Positions 26,601 to 40,400 of a stretch of 64,000 bases of DNA are shown one piece after another (the stretch's first letter is position 1; each line of letters opens with the position of its first letter). This stretch comes from Lytechinus pictus. Taxonomy: Eukaryota. Below the pieces are notes generated by a model. That model searched no databases. It had not been told where the DNA came from and saw nothing but the letters and a program-made list of their open reading frames with translations. Where the stretch lies: assembly GCF_037042905.1 (NCBI RefSeq), contig NC_087253.1:1054001-1118000 (forward strand). Reading direction: 5' to 3'. The position numbers were made by a program, and so were the translations under genes.

Positions 26601-28168
26601 TTCGACACACCAAATACATTTCATTAAGAATTATGTAATTGTCAATTATTTTTTAAAGACTTTAATATATAAACTCTGAAATATATATCTTGGACATTAA
26701 AATCTGAATGACATCAACTTTTGTGAGTCAAATTTCATATTAGATAAAAGGAGCTCTTAGAATCCTGTACAATAAACTTGAACTTACATTTTATTTGTAT
26801 CACTGGTTACACTAAGTGATCAATGCAGAAAATAAACTATGATCAATTATTTGGCTTTGTGTATAAGGGCCCTGTTGTATAAAAGTTACATTATGATAAT
26901 TTTGAAATGCAATGGTAACTTGAATTAAATCCTTGATTTTCATTTACTTTTGATCAGCGTTACCATTGGATGGCAAAGTTATGATAAAAGTAACTTTTAT
27001 GCAACAGGCCCAGGACCCTTATATCATCTTGTTTTTTTTTCTCCACTTGATTTACTTTGCTTGCAGTAAATACTGGAAAATTTACCATTACAGGTGACTC
27101 CAAATGATGTTCAATCAGTTACATGCTTAGAAATCCTATCTCTTCAGAATGATTACAAGCAATTTGATATCAATAACAAAATATTTCATCAGGCATTTTA
27201 ATTGCCATTACTTAAATATTGTCAGGTGGGGGAGATGTGAAGGATTTCATAACATGTGAAAATTGATTTCACAAAAGATTGATTTTGATGCCAATTTATT
27301 CATTCAAGGTGATTTGAAAACATTTGCATAATGTTAAATATATAAATGAAAGACTTGCAGTAAAATTTATCTCTTTATCTACATTATATACATTAAAAGG
27401 ACGGCAGTTAGAATGATACAAAGGGTTATATAACCTTATTCATACACTTATCTTTCTAAAATTTTGCTGTGAAGATTATATGCTAATGAGCAAGCTAGAG
27501 ACAACCAGCTATATGAAAGATCAATGCCCATTATCACATAGGTTTGCAATTGATTGCAAAATTTCAAAAGAATAATGCCGACTATTTACTGGTCAGTCTT
27601 TTGAGCAAAAGTGCAGATACAAAATTGCTCTTGATTAGCCAATGCTTGTTTTGCCATCTATCTCTACTTTCATCTTACATAGCCAAGGGAAGCATTTCAG
27701 GAAATAAATGGTTTTCATCATTTGCTATGAGCTACTGCAAACATTTCACTTGATTGGGTCAGATCAAAAGTTTTTTAATGAATATCACTGACAATATATT
27801 TCATTAAACACTTCCCTGGTGTGAACCATAGAGACACAGATTTATATCAATTTCCTTTTTGTAAAATAAATACAGGCCACTTCGCATTGACACATTTCTA
27901 GCCATAAAATTGGCAATGCTTCGGAGACGTTTTATAAATACAAATTTATTTTCCACTATAGAGGAATCCTACAAACTGTCCTGTAAATAACATGACCATC
28001 ATAAATTCTCATGAGCTTGAATCCATCATAAACATATTTGTGGGTAATTTGGTGAACGACTTTGGTTTTAATGACTGCTCTTATTTACTTCTGAGCTGAT
28101 AGAATTGTTTTATCAATATATCCCTGTTTTCTGACAAATGCTATTATACATAAATCATGCAATACAAT

Positions 28169-28408
28169 CTATGAGAAGGCAATGACCCTTGTAGCTTCTA
28201 GCATCTTATGAACAGCATCAATGTATCCAAACTCTGTGTTTTTCATTCGTTCATGACCTTCTTCAGAGCAAAGGTCACTGACCATGTGGTAGAGGTCAGC
28301 GTGGAACTGAGAGCCTTCAGCGAATGCTTCAGAGAACTCTTCATCGTACTCCCCCATCTTTAGTTTTGATGTCTGCTTCTTGCTGGTTAATAAGACTTGC
28401 CATTCCTC
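28169..28408 (-). CDS. DNAI7: DNAI7 exon 14, terminal (EEWQVLL...FHADLYHMV...TRVIAFS*)
   Basis: tttcag acceptor, TAG stop at 28171-28169. Candidate AATAAA signals on the minus strand at 27945-27950 and 27295-27300. Confidence 0.95.
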   Translation of the reverse strand, partial: EEWQVLLTSKKQTSKLKMGEYDEEFSEAFAEGSQFHADLYHMVSDLCSEEGHERMKNTEFGYIDAVHKMLEATRVIAFS

Positions 28409-31400
28409 CTGAAACACAAAAATATAAAATAGGGTCAGCATCAACAAGGATGAAATAATTATTCATTTTTATATCCATATTATTTGAATCATCACTGACT
28501 TCTGCTTGGAAACAGGGAAACATTATACACGAACAGTCGTGTAAGTGGTTTCACTGACAAATTCACTCTCGACCAATCAGGTCGTAGGAGTTTGGTAGCT
28601 TTTAACAGTATCAGTGAAAATCAATGATAGATTCCTCCATGAAATGCTTCTAAGGTTTCACAGCATGTAGGAATGCTTTCAAGGTATAAGAGTTCAGTAC
28701 AATAGGTCACCCAATTTCATTACATTCATTTGAAAATCTCAATAAAACCCAATCTGATTTTGATCTATCATTGCATCCAAGAAAATGATACAAATGGAAT
28801 AGATACATGGATGGCGGAAGATGGCATCACAATCTTCTCTAAATTATATCCTGACTTACATGAAATGAACAGGAAATGTTCCTATCCTGGAATATTTGAT
28901 TTGTGTAAAAAGTGGCATTCAAGATTTTCATCTCTTTTCATCCCCCATCACTTAAAAAAAAAAAAATGTGTGATTAAAACTTAATTAAAAAAAATCTGTT
29001 CAAAAGTTCTCATTGCTGACACAGCAAATACTAATCTACATCATGAATGGAGTTGCAAAAGGGAAATGCTACGAAGTAGGTTCATATGACCACTAAATAT
29101 GAAGGACTTTTTCAAAATCATTTGTCTCCACTTTTTGCTTCATGTTTAGAAAATCTCAAAATATCATGGCTTGAGTAGACATTATTATGAAGTGAAGCAA
29201 AAGTAGAAAATAATGGAGATTGACGTAAATAGGAATTGATACATGTAACCTTGTGGCATTGCTCAATAAACTTGATTTACTATAAAATTGTGAGTTTTGC
29301 TATGCATTGTTCAAATAAGAAAACTATACCTAAACTATGAAATACATTAGTGTTGTATCAAAACAAGTATGTGCATTGATGAATATTCACAATTCGTGCA
29401 TGATTATTGAGGAAACAAGTGTGTATATATATTCATGTGGTGCAGTGTATCATTTCACTCATAATATGACTTTAATAAGTGCTGTGTGTGTTGTTCTGTT
29501 AAACAAAATCATATTGCTGTGTACACTGAACACATGATGGTGAGGACAGATCAAATGATATCAATAAGAATGGGGTAACTTGGAACTAGCTAGTCAAATT
29601 CAATATTTGCTTCATGCAATACCAGTCTTAAGATATCACACAATTTCAACAGGAACAAAAGCATGAAGCTTTTAGATAATGAAATTTTAATCTTGTACAC
29701 ATGCTTAAAAAAGGTGAGTGAATAACTATGTTACATTTATTGGAAGAAACCCTGAAAAATTAACTGAGAGAGAAAGATGCATGTTCTGCACTTGTATTGT
29801 TGTGGAACTAGTATTATTAATGAGAAATTGAAAATATTAAATAAATGTTAAATACAGAGTCATTTTATCAAATTTCTCTAGACATCAAAATACATCAAAA
29901 CATCAATGTCCATTCATTATTCTTAATTTCTAAGGAAAGTAAATAATTTTGATCATGAATACATAAAGATAAAGTTGTAGTCAAGATTCAACATAATCAC
30001 TAGATATTGTAAACAAAAAATTGAACCATACATAAAAAAAAAAATTGATTAAAACTTTTTGTCACAATCCTAGTGTCTTTATTCAAACCTCGTTCACATA
30101 GTGTAGGGAAACTGTCAATGTCCGCAAAAATAAATGCAAATTGAGCTGTATATCACAACACATGGCCGAATACCTGCTTTTATCTACTGCAGGTTAACTT
30201 TTTTTGTTGCTTACTAAACTGGTAGATTGGTGTTAATTGCCAGGTCAAAGCATATAGCTTTTTAGGTATATCTAAAAATAGAATGTTTTTAGCAAATCAG
30301 CAAATTAATATTCTCTTAAAGGCCCTAAAAATCCTCATCAGTAAACCCCTGCATCATGTGTGAACGAGGTCTTTTGAGTCCTGTGAGCACTGCACACGTG
30401 TGAAATGGTCTAGTCAATACCTTGCTCTTTGTATGCAACACAATGGATATAAAAATAGGGTTTGGGAACAAAATGAAATAGTGGTTAGGACAATGACTGA
30501 TAATGGAAAACTTTCAAGCAATGCAATAACTGGTTTAGCTTACATGTACATTTTTTATCATTCAAGGTGGGGGGGGGGGGTAGAGGGAGTTGGTGCATAC
30601 AACCATACAGGTTGCATACTGTGAATTGAACAAATGTAACATTACACATAATATTGAAGCAAAACACAAATGCATGTATATATATATATATCATAACATT
30701 GTTTGGTTGCAAAAACAATTATGCAAGTGTTAACATCAATCATTTTTTAAAACAAGCATATCATGATGAATATTAGTTTTGGATCAATGCACATATTGAG
30801 GCAAATTTGCACACAATGTTGATTTAATAAAACATGATGATGCAAAATGTAAGGTAAGGATTCAATTGTGTTGGGGTTTATCTTTTATGGCAAAGCGGGC
30901 ATGGTATAGTGGCAGTCAGCATTCTTTGACAGTAATTTACACATGACTTTACACTCAGAGACAGAATAATGGCTCACTGGACTATTTCTTTTGTTATGGC
31001 AGTTGAGCGTAGAGCAGAGTGCAAAGTTGTAAACTATTTACAAAGAACGCTGACTGAATCTGTTTTCTATAAGTTACAACATGCATGGGTAAGTCAAAAA
31101 TATGAAAACAAATTACTTGGGGTCGAACAAAAAACATTTTTTTTAAACAGTTATTTTAACTGGAATGCACATGCTTTTGAATAAAAACAATTTAATATGA
31201 TAAAATATTAATGTGAGATGCAAATGATTGATCTTGAATTAGAGCCATGCTTACTAGATAGAATCAATCTTACAATCAATTTCATAACATCACTTGAAGG
31301 CATTTTTATAATCTTATTTCAATGATATATTTACAGCTGTTCTCCATCTTTTGTTGTTATCAATTATTAAGCAACTGATGAAAATATCCTACAGGATATC

Positions 31401-34400
31401 TAGTATACTAAATATTCAGATTTTCTTGTTAAGGTTCTTTTTGGTGTCATTTTTTATGGTGAAATAATGACTTGATAATCTTTATATTGAATAAATTAAC
31501 TTACATCTTTGACTGGTTCTGGGACGAGTTTCTCACATCCAAGTAGAATAATCTTGTCCGGTGATGTCTCTGCGTTCCATTTACTCCATGAGTAAGCAAA
31601 ATGAGATGCAGTCAATGCCATCTGATCATAGGCAGCTCCTTCTGTCTGTTCGTCCTACAGTCAATAAATACAAAATACAGGTCAACATAATTCTGACATA
31701 TAAGGCCATCTTTTTGGTATGTTTCATCCCCCCATATACAAAACATGTGTTCTTTACATCATGTAAGTTGAACAGATTGTTCCACTACCAAGAGATTAAA
31801 CTTTGGGGGTGTTGCAAGAAAATATTTGCAATCCAGTGAAATATTCTGCTGACAAGCACATTTTTTAGTACACTGAAATGCCTGAATGCGACTACAGACA
31901 AATATTCAGACTGAATAAAGCTATTTTTGGACACAGCTCGAACATAGGGGCATGTGAGAATCAAACGGAGCATTTCTTGAAACAAATAGCCAGTGATTTT
32001 CACTATTTGTTATAAGCTCCTGAAATCTTTGTATCTGATTGGCTGAGAGCCTGATTTGTACATGCTATTTGTTTTAAGAAATGCTGCCCTGTTATCAAAC
32101 CTGTACTGTGACTTTTCACTCAATCCTAGCATCTGTATGTTTTAGTGCAAACTTGTCAGTGAATATCACTATTTATTTCAGGTATTCTTGTTCATAAACC
32201 ATTTACTGTTGTTATCGTCTCACCTTATCACAAACGCTAACATATTTCTTGGAGTCTTCTTCTGGGAAGACATTAACGCCAGCTTTCTTCATGGTTTCTA
32301 TCAGTTGAGGTGGTTCCATCCATTTGTTTGAGATAGATTCTAGCTCTGGTTTAGGGTCAGACTCACCAGCTTGTCGGAAACAACATAGGTGATCCTAAAA
32401 AAAATGAGAAAAATTGTTTTGTGTTATTTCAAACTGCTATTAAACATGTATCGTTATTATGAATCCAGAAAACAGTGTTATGGATTGTGCTAAAGTTGGT
32501 CAAACAACATCAATGGACAATGCAAAATGTAAAGCTCACCACAAAGATAGTGGCGACTGTCCAAAGAAATGTAAAAATATACCCTTATAATTTTTAATAA
32601 GAGTCCAAGATAGTTAACAAAATAATTCCCTAAAGTTGAATCCCATCGGGGCAAGGGGCTCATTTCCTAAAGAGTTACAGGTATGGTAACAATCATTGAA
32701 ACTTTGATTGTAATTGCCTGCTACCATTGTGGCTGCCATTATGGTAAAGTTACCACACAGTGTACCATTGTCGCTGCCATTATGGTAAAGTTACCACACA
32801 GTGTACCATTGTGGCTGCCATTATGGTAAAGTTACCACACAGCGTACCATTGTGGCTGCCATTATGGTAAAGTTACCACACAGTGTACCATTGTGGCTGC
32901 CATTATGGTAAAGTTACCACACAGTGTAGTCATTTTTATGAAACAGGGGCCCAAGAAGTAGGAACATTTTATTCTTCCTGAATGTAATTTGTAAAATGCA
33001 ATTTGGAAGAGAAGGATGAGGAATATAAGCCCCTATTTTCATACCTTGATCTCTATCTCAACCTCTAGTATGGCTGCTATGATGGTAAAGCGTGCATGAT
33101 TGACACCAAGAGGAAACAGCTCCCATGATTGGAAGGGCATATTGATGTGTTTATCCTGTATACAGGCTAGAGGACCAAACTTGATTGTCTTGAAGGATAG
33201 TAACCTCTCCTCTGAAGAAAAAATAACAATGAAATGAATTTGATTGGCATGCGGATGATAAACTTTATTATAGTACTTTGATGGAAATAATTCTATATTT
33301 TGAACTTTTAAATAAAGTTAAAATTCAATTTAAAGTTTATTTACTATCCTCCTCTGAAAACAAATAATAAAAGCAAAATAAATTTAATTGAAATGTGAAA
33401 AGTAGTTAACTTTTTTTCTGTTTGAACAAACATATGGAGTGTTTTCTATAACCCTAATTAAAATTAATATTTAAAACTAAGATCAATATACATGTTGCAC
33501 TTTTTCCATTCAGATCAAAATAATAGAGAATCTGTTTGACTGAGCACATGATAAAAAGTGATGCTTAAATATGTTTAGTGTAAATAATGAACAGCTTTAT
33601 GAACTGGTCCCGGGATGGGAGAGCCTGTAAAGGGTAAAGGATATTTACCCTGTTCATACTTGACATCATGGAAACCATCAAGTCTCCATTGTTTACCTTC
33701 ATCCCACCAATATACCATCTGAGGTTCTTCAGAAAATAATACATTATCTGGTAACCTGTTAAGAGTAATAGGAATATGAAATATGGAACAGTACTTTTAA
33801 CAGTGATGCCACTCAGGATCCTACATTCAAATACTATGAATTACTTTGAATGTCATATTTAAACAAACAAATGAATTTTACGCTCTCCCTCAATCAATTA
33901 AATAATCAATATATTTTACCTTTGGGGGTTTTCAGGGATTAAGTCAAAGAACATTTTTTCCATTAATCACAAACTTGGGAAATAGCAAAGAGGAACTATT
34001 AGCCCGGCTCTATGTCAATTGAACCAATTGAAGAAATCCAACAATAACTGAATTTTCAATGAAAACAGGTAGAATTTTATTAGATTTTCAGTGTTTAAAA
34101 AAAACAGGCATCAGCTCTACTGGACATATGCAACTTACTTGACAGTAACACCAAGAGGAGGGGCACCCAAGGCTTCTGTTGCTGCTGCAGCCTTTGGGTC
34201 CATGGTCTGTCCCATCGTCATTGTACCAGATAGTGATGCACCAAGCTTCACACCATCAGATCCATATGGGTATCGCTTCAGCTCATTGGGTGTATCTGAA
34301 AGGAACAAATACAAGACAGGAATAGCCAATGTCTCTAATTTATTTTAATTGCTTTAAGTTCAAATTTGATTGCACTGAAGAACAAGGAATAAATTTGAGA

Positions 34401-37400
34401 ATTAACTCAATGGCCTGAATTCACAAAGGTGGTTTTTAAAACCAACTGTTGAACCCATGGTTTATGTAGATTTCTTGTATAAATTATGCTTATTTACCGC
34501 GTATATTAAAAAGTGTCCAATGCTGATGCACGCTTTTGTCGCAGTACACCAAATTGACGCCTGTTGCCATGGTTAAGTACGCTATTTTATTCACGAGTCC
34601 ACTGTTGGAAAAATATACTCATTAATTCAAAACAGTGGACTCATGAATAAGATAGCGTGGATAACTATGGCAACAGGCGTCAACTTGGCGCGCATCAGCA
34701 CTGGACATCTTTTAATATACGCTGTAAATAAGCGTAATTTATACAGGAAATCTGCATAAACCATGGGTTCAACCGTTGGTTAATAAAAAACACCTTTGTG
34801 AATTCGGGCTAATAAATTTGAATGGAAAAGGGTGCAACTGATGAATTTGAATGTACTGGAGATTTGTTCAAAAACAGCAAAAATTGTAGCAAGCGTTAAC
34901 CATAGATCCACTCATATATCGAGGAGCAACATTTCATAACCATAACAATTCTATCTTGATTACATATAGTAGGAAGATAAAAGGCATAAAATGGGTCATT
35001 TGGAAGCCTTTATATGACTTAAAGCTGAATTGCAATTAATTATGAGGTTCTTGCTATCAATGACTTACCTTGTGTCATTATCCAGCTCTTGACAATCTTT
35101 GGCTGAGGAGGCATGGTCAAAAGGTCAAAGTGTATGACCCCTCCCAAAACCTGGTAAGCACGAAGGTCAACAGTATCCTCATCTTCAAGCTCATAGTCCT
35201 CCTCTTCCTCTTCATACTCTTCTTCATCTTGTTCTCCTTCTTCCCCAGCTGGGGTTTTAGAAGGCTCTGGTTCCTTGGCTGGGGTTGCTGGTGTGGTCTC
35301 TTGGACTTCTTCTTTCTCCTCTCCTGCCACAGACTCTGTCACCTCTCCCTCCTTGTCTTCACCTTCTCCTTCCTCCCCCTCAGTCTTCTCTCCCTCACCC
35401 TCTGGGGGCTGCGGTTCTTCTACTGGCTCTTCTTCCGGTGGAGGGGGGTAGTAACGCACCCTCTTAAGTTTGAAGGTGCGGCAACGATGAGAGAAATGAT
35501 CGTATGTAGTATGGATCACCCGGATAGCGATGTCGGAGAGGGCAAGTTGCTTTGGGAGCTCAAAGGAGAAGTCTTGATCCTCAAAGGCATAGCTCTTGAA
35601 TCTGTAGATAGGTGGAAAACATAACTTCCATTAAAACTGAGTGTAAGGACTGCTCAAGGGAGAAAAAAAAATGAAATCTTAAAATTAAACAAAATTTCTT
35701 AACTATTTTTTTTCTTGACAATATCTCCTGGCAATTTAAATTGGAGAGAGCTACCAATCAATACCATACAATTTTATTCATATGTTCCATTTTTTAAAAT
35801 TCAAAATGATCTCGCACATACCTTGGATTCTTAACAAGGTTTCCCCATATCATAAGAACTATATCCTTGTTGCCTTTGATGAACTGAAGATTACCCGTCT
35901 CTGAGTCAGCACAGTTTGATGCATCCTGAGGCAAAATAGAAGAAAAACCAAACCTTGTGTTAGAATTAAGTTAAGTCACAATTAGAAAAACAAGAACTTT
36001 TTTATAACTAAAACCTACTTAGGGCATATTTTCAGAAAAAGAATTAAGATATATTAGCATGGATATGTCTGGTAAGGCTTTACAGAGAAGAAGAGCGAAG
36101 ATATCAGCGATAAAGTGATGAGATGGCATGGCGAATGAATGGCCGGACACTTGGCAGTACGGACAGATGAACATTGAAAGTAGGGTTATTACAACAATGT
36201 CCATATGCCAGTACTACCAAGTACCAAGCAAGATGGTCATCTTCTTCATTAGTCTTCCTTTGAATGAACCCGCAAGAGAAGAGAAAGTCAGCTTCCACCA
36301 AGTTAATTACCTTCCTGCTTGTTAACTTTATACACCAATACATCGTTCAGTAACACTGAGCAAAAATCAAAGCATATGAAACAGAAAAGAGAGGAATGTT
36401 CATAGAAATAGAATTTAGTGTAGCGATCAGATGTAAGAAACAGCATGCAAAAAGAGATGCTGTTTTATCAACAGAGGATTTCATGAAACATAAGTCGGTG
36501 CTTTACAATGACAAGTTTGCTCTGTCTGAGCCAATAAGGATTTAATTACCTTGTACCAAAGTCAGTGAAAATGACTGTTTCATGGAATGCTCTAAAGGTA
36601 GACAGAGTTGATCAGACACTTGCATTTAAGCTTGTAATGATTTATACCTGATTGGCATTGTGGCTAATTTTTTAATACTTTTTTTTAAACTCTCTTGCAT
36701 GGAAACCGATTAAGGGCCACTTAACAAAGATTATGATAGAATAAGTATTAATGGAACTTCATTACAAGACATACCAGGTAACATGTGATTTTACTGCAAA
36801 ATTAATTCCTTGTGAAATGTCCAGAGATGCATCTGGGCACCTTTAACTGGAAGCTTGTTTGATTTTACAAGAACAAAATCATGATTGATTGTATTGACCA
36901 AAATGTAAAATCAATCATGAATTAAATCAATTTCAAGATCAGCCATTCAGCTTTGTGTTACCAGGATCACATTATTAGAAAATTAGATATGTCTCGACAG
37001 GCAAAAAAATAATAATAATAATAAATCTTTCTTTTGTACTTTCAACTCTACTCTGCTTATGACAATTCAATGAAAATTAGTTTAAGTTGCAATGAAAACA
37101 GATTAATAAAGCCAATATAATATAACAAAAGCCAGTGCCAAGGTGTGAATTCAGGCCATGTACCCATAATGAAATGAACTACATGAGCTTTAGTGCAATA
37201 TTTGGTGCATTTTTCCATAAATAGAAGTACATATACATCATCAAGCTATGATATGAATAATTGAAACCTTTGCTGGGGTCTCTATATTGTGTAGAACGGA
37301 TATAATTTAGCAAGTTAATGTATTAAGCGGGGAATGAACCAAACTTCTACACAAAGCGACATATTATCATCACCATTGTGAGAACTGGTAAGAGCTAACT

Positions 37401-40400
37401 GCCCTTGTTCCGCTTGGTTTACAAACCTACAAATACCTGATACAGTTTGGGAAATATTAGACCAGTTTTCTTTGCATATGGTATGGTATTTTCCAAGCTG
37501 TATAATGTACATGTATGCTTTACAACTTCTGCAAGAACTTTAATGGGTTAATGCAAGTAAACATTTTACAGAAAAGGTTAGTATTATCTACTATAAATAG
37601 GGGTATACACAAAGTTAATTCCCAGTACTTAGTCCTATTTTCAAATATGGTGTGACATATCACACCAATTATGCTAATAAATGCACATTATATGCCTCAT
37701 CAAAAAGAAAGACAAAAAAAAAAAAACCTGTACAAAGCTAATCCATGACATAATTCATTATTATTTCATAAATTGTGTTAGACGTCACAAGCTTGCCTGT
37801 ACAACACTAGACAATTTTTTTGGACCAAAGTTTTAAATGAATCTGATTTAACCAGAATTGATCCATTTTTGTTCAGGAAAAAAGGTATCCTACAACTAAA
37901 TATGTTAATCTGTTATGCCACAAAGCTTTCTGATCAAACCTTTAATGATACAAGTTCAATAACAGGTTAAATGCACACCCACAGCCTAAACCATGTCCAT
38001 AATACCTTTCATAGAAGATATTCTACAGTGCCCACACACAATGACTTGTTAGTTGTTTATATTGTCATGAATATAGCTTTATCAAGATAAGCACAGATTT
38101 TTTTTTTTTTAAGAATGCAGGTTTATAATAGCATACAATATTGCACACCTAAGCAAAATGTGTTCAAATAAAATAAACTTGACATTTAAGTGCAATGATA
38201 ATACATTGCAATGACCCTATAGAGCAGTCAAAGTGATCTTGCCATATTTTTTTAATCACAGAATGTTTAGTTGCATATCAATGCCATTAATCTTCTGAGA
38301 AGCACCTTTTATCAGCTAAAGAGGCTCATTAATCACAACCAGCGAAAGTACGCTGGTATTGAATGGCTACAATGTAGAATGCAGAACAACAAATGTATAA
38401 AAGAAAGCCATCTGATTGCACACAATCCAGCACAGCCACACATTGCTTGCATAGCAGAGATACTTGGCTGATGTTAATTACAATGACAGACTACAATCCC
38501 TAGAGAATGGAATGTTTTATCTGACAACCAAAGGTCATGGACTGTTATGTAATAATTCATTTATCAGATGGCTATCTGTACAATACAAGGTTCAATATAA
38601 TCAAAGCACTAATCTTCTATGCTTCTCTCTGAGGGTGCTGCAAGAAAATATTTGCAATAAACTGCAAATTCCTACTGTAACTTTACAATTGATAAATCAC
38701 TCCTTGTTGCAAGATCAGCAATCATTGACTTGAAAAGTCCTTTGATTGTACATTTCTTGCAATGTCCCATACATTATTGTTTAATTACATTACATACATT
38801 GCTTCTACTTTATAAACATCTTTGTAATATACAGACAGTCTATGTTCACAACAGCCTCTCTGTAGCAGACGCCTGTCTATAGAAACCACTAAAACTTTTG
38901 ATGAAAAACAGCTTTTGGCAGATCTTTCGGACCTGAATAAATATATTCCAATAAATGAATAAATTATGTGGACATGAACCATTCTAGAGAAGTCAACTGT
39001 GTGTAAAGGTAACATTTAGCATTTGGGTGATTACTATGGACAGGTTTCACTGTATTTCATTGCCCCTTAAGCCCATCTCACACTATGCGATCCGGTGCAC
39101 TGCGATTTTTCAAGAAATCATATTTTGCATTAAATATGAGAGTTCCAAGAAGTAAAATTATTTTATTAAAAGTTTGGCATATTGTTAGAAAAAATAAAAT
39201 CATATTTTTACTTTGGTCGGAGTAAAGTCCAAATCGGCTTCAAGTCACAGCCGATGATGATGTCATTACGATTTGGAATTGAATTTGTTTTTATTCATTC
39301 AGGGAGGGTCTAACTGGACTGAATTTTCGATTTCAGTAGTCCTACCACTATTTTGAATTCTGATCTGTAATATTTTATTAGTTGGAATATCCATATCAAA
39401 TGTTATCAAAATTAATTTGAAATTCGGATCGCAACAAATCGCATAGTGTGAGACGGGCTTAAAATACATGAAAGAAGTGTTTATATGACATACCTTTAAC
39501 AGAAGTACGGTTGATTCGTCAAGTTTTGCATGTAGGATATTCTGGAGTTCGATAATGGTTTCTTCATATCTTTTCTCTGTGATTTCATCAAGCTGTTCTT
39601 CTGGTGTATCTTCAAGGAGGAACTCGAGCTCATGAATCAGCTGCAAATAAAACCATGCAGAAATAAACTTATTTTCAAAGGCTACTTTTTCATAGACGAC
39701 TGCTGCCTATATGTATATCTGCAAACATTTGACAAGGCTGCAGAGTTTGAGTTCTTCAGTTCCACAGGGCTGGTCCAGCATGAGCAAAGGCTTGATCGCC
39801 CCAGGATTTTTTTAGATAGTGGAATATGTATTAGACTTGAATGCTATGATCGCAGTGTGCATACAGGATGATAGTAGTATATATATAAGTTGATATTATT
39901 ATTATTGATATTGATCAGTTGAGAAGCACACTTCACTATTTGTGAACCCCCCCCCCCCCCCCGATCACCACTCATGCATGAAGTCATATGTAACGAACAG
40001 CTTTATGATGGTGATGATACTACAGAACTTGATACCTTCCTATTCAATATTGTCAATATTGTTCAGATAGCAGTTTTTAGAAAAGTGCATTTTTTCATGA
40101 AATGCACAAATTGACTTACCCTGAGTGTTTGATTACTTTCTTTCAGGACGGAGTTGATATCATTTCTATTTGCATCATCTTTCCATAGGTTGATGTATGT
40201 ATTGATCTCTGCAGGGATGGTTGGATCTGGGCTCCCATCACAAAGCATGTAACGATCCCACTGGATATGGAAACATTCAGAGACTTTAAAAAACATCTTT
40301 TTATTTAGTCATCACACTATCCAAAGGCTGAAATACTGGCATACAGGCACACATATTTCACTTGTCTCATATTCTTACAATTACACATTGCCACTTACAG

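Noticed and set aside
26097-26627. Three overlapping plus-strand ORFs
   Set aside because: Artefacts of CT-rich low-complexity sequence.
28860-28886. Possible 27-nt in-frame cassette exon in the last DNAI7 intron (strong gtaagt donor)
   Set aside because: The acceptor lacks a polypyrimidine tract, and the protein is complete without it.
35070-35624. 184-aa plus-strand hydrophobic ORF
   Set aside because: Antisense shadow of the Glu-rich DNAI7 exon 8.
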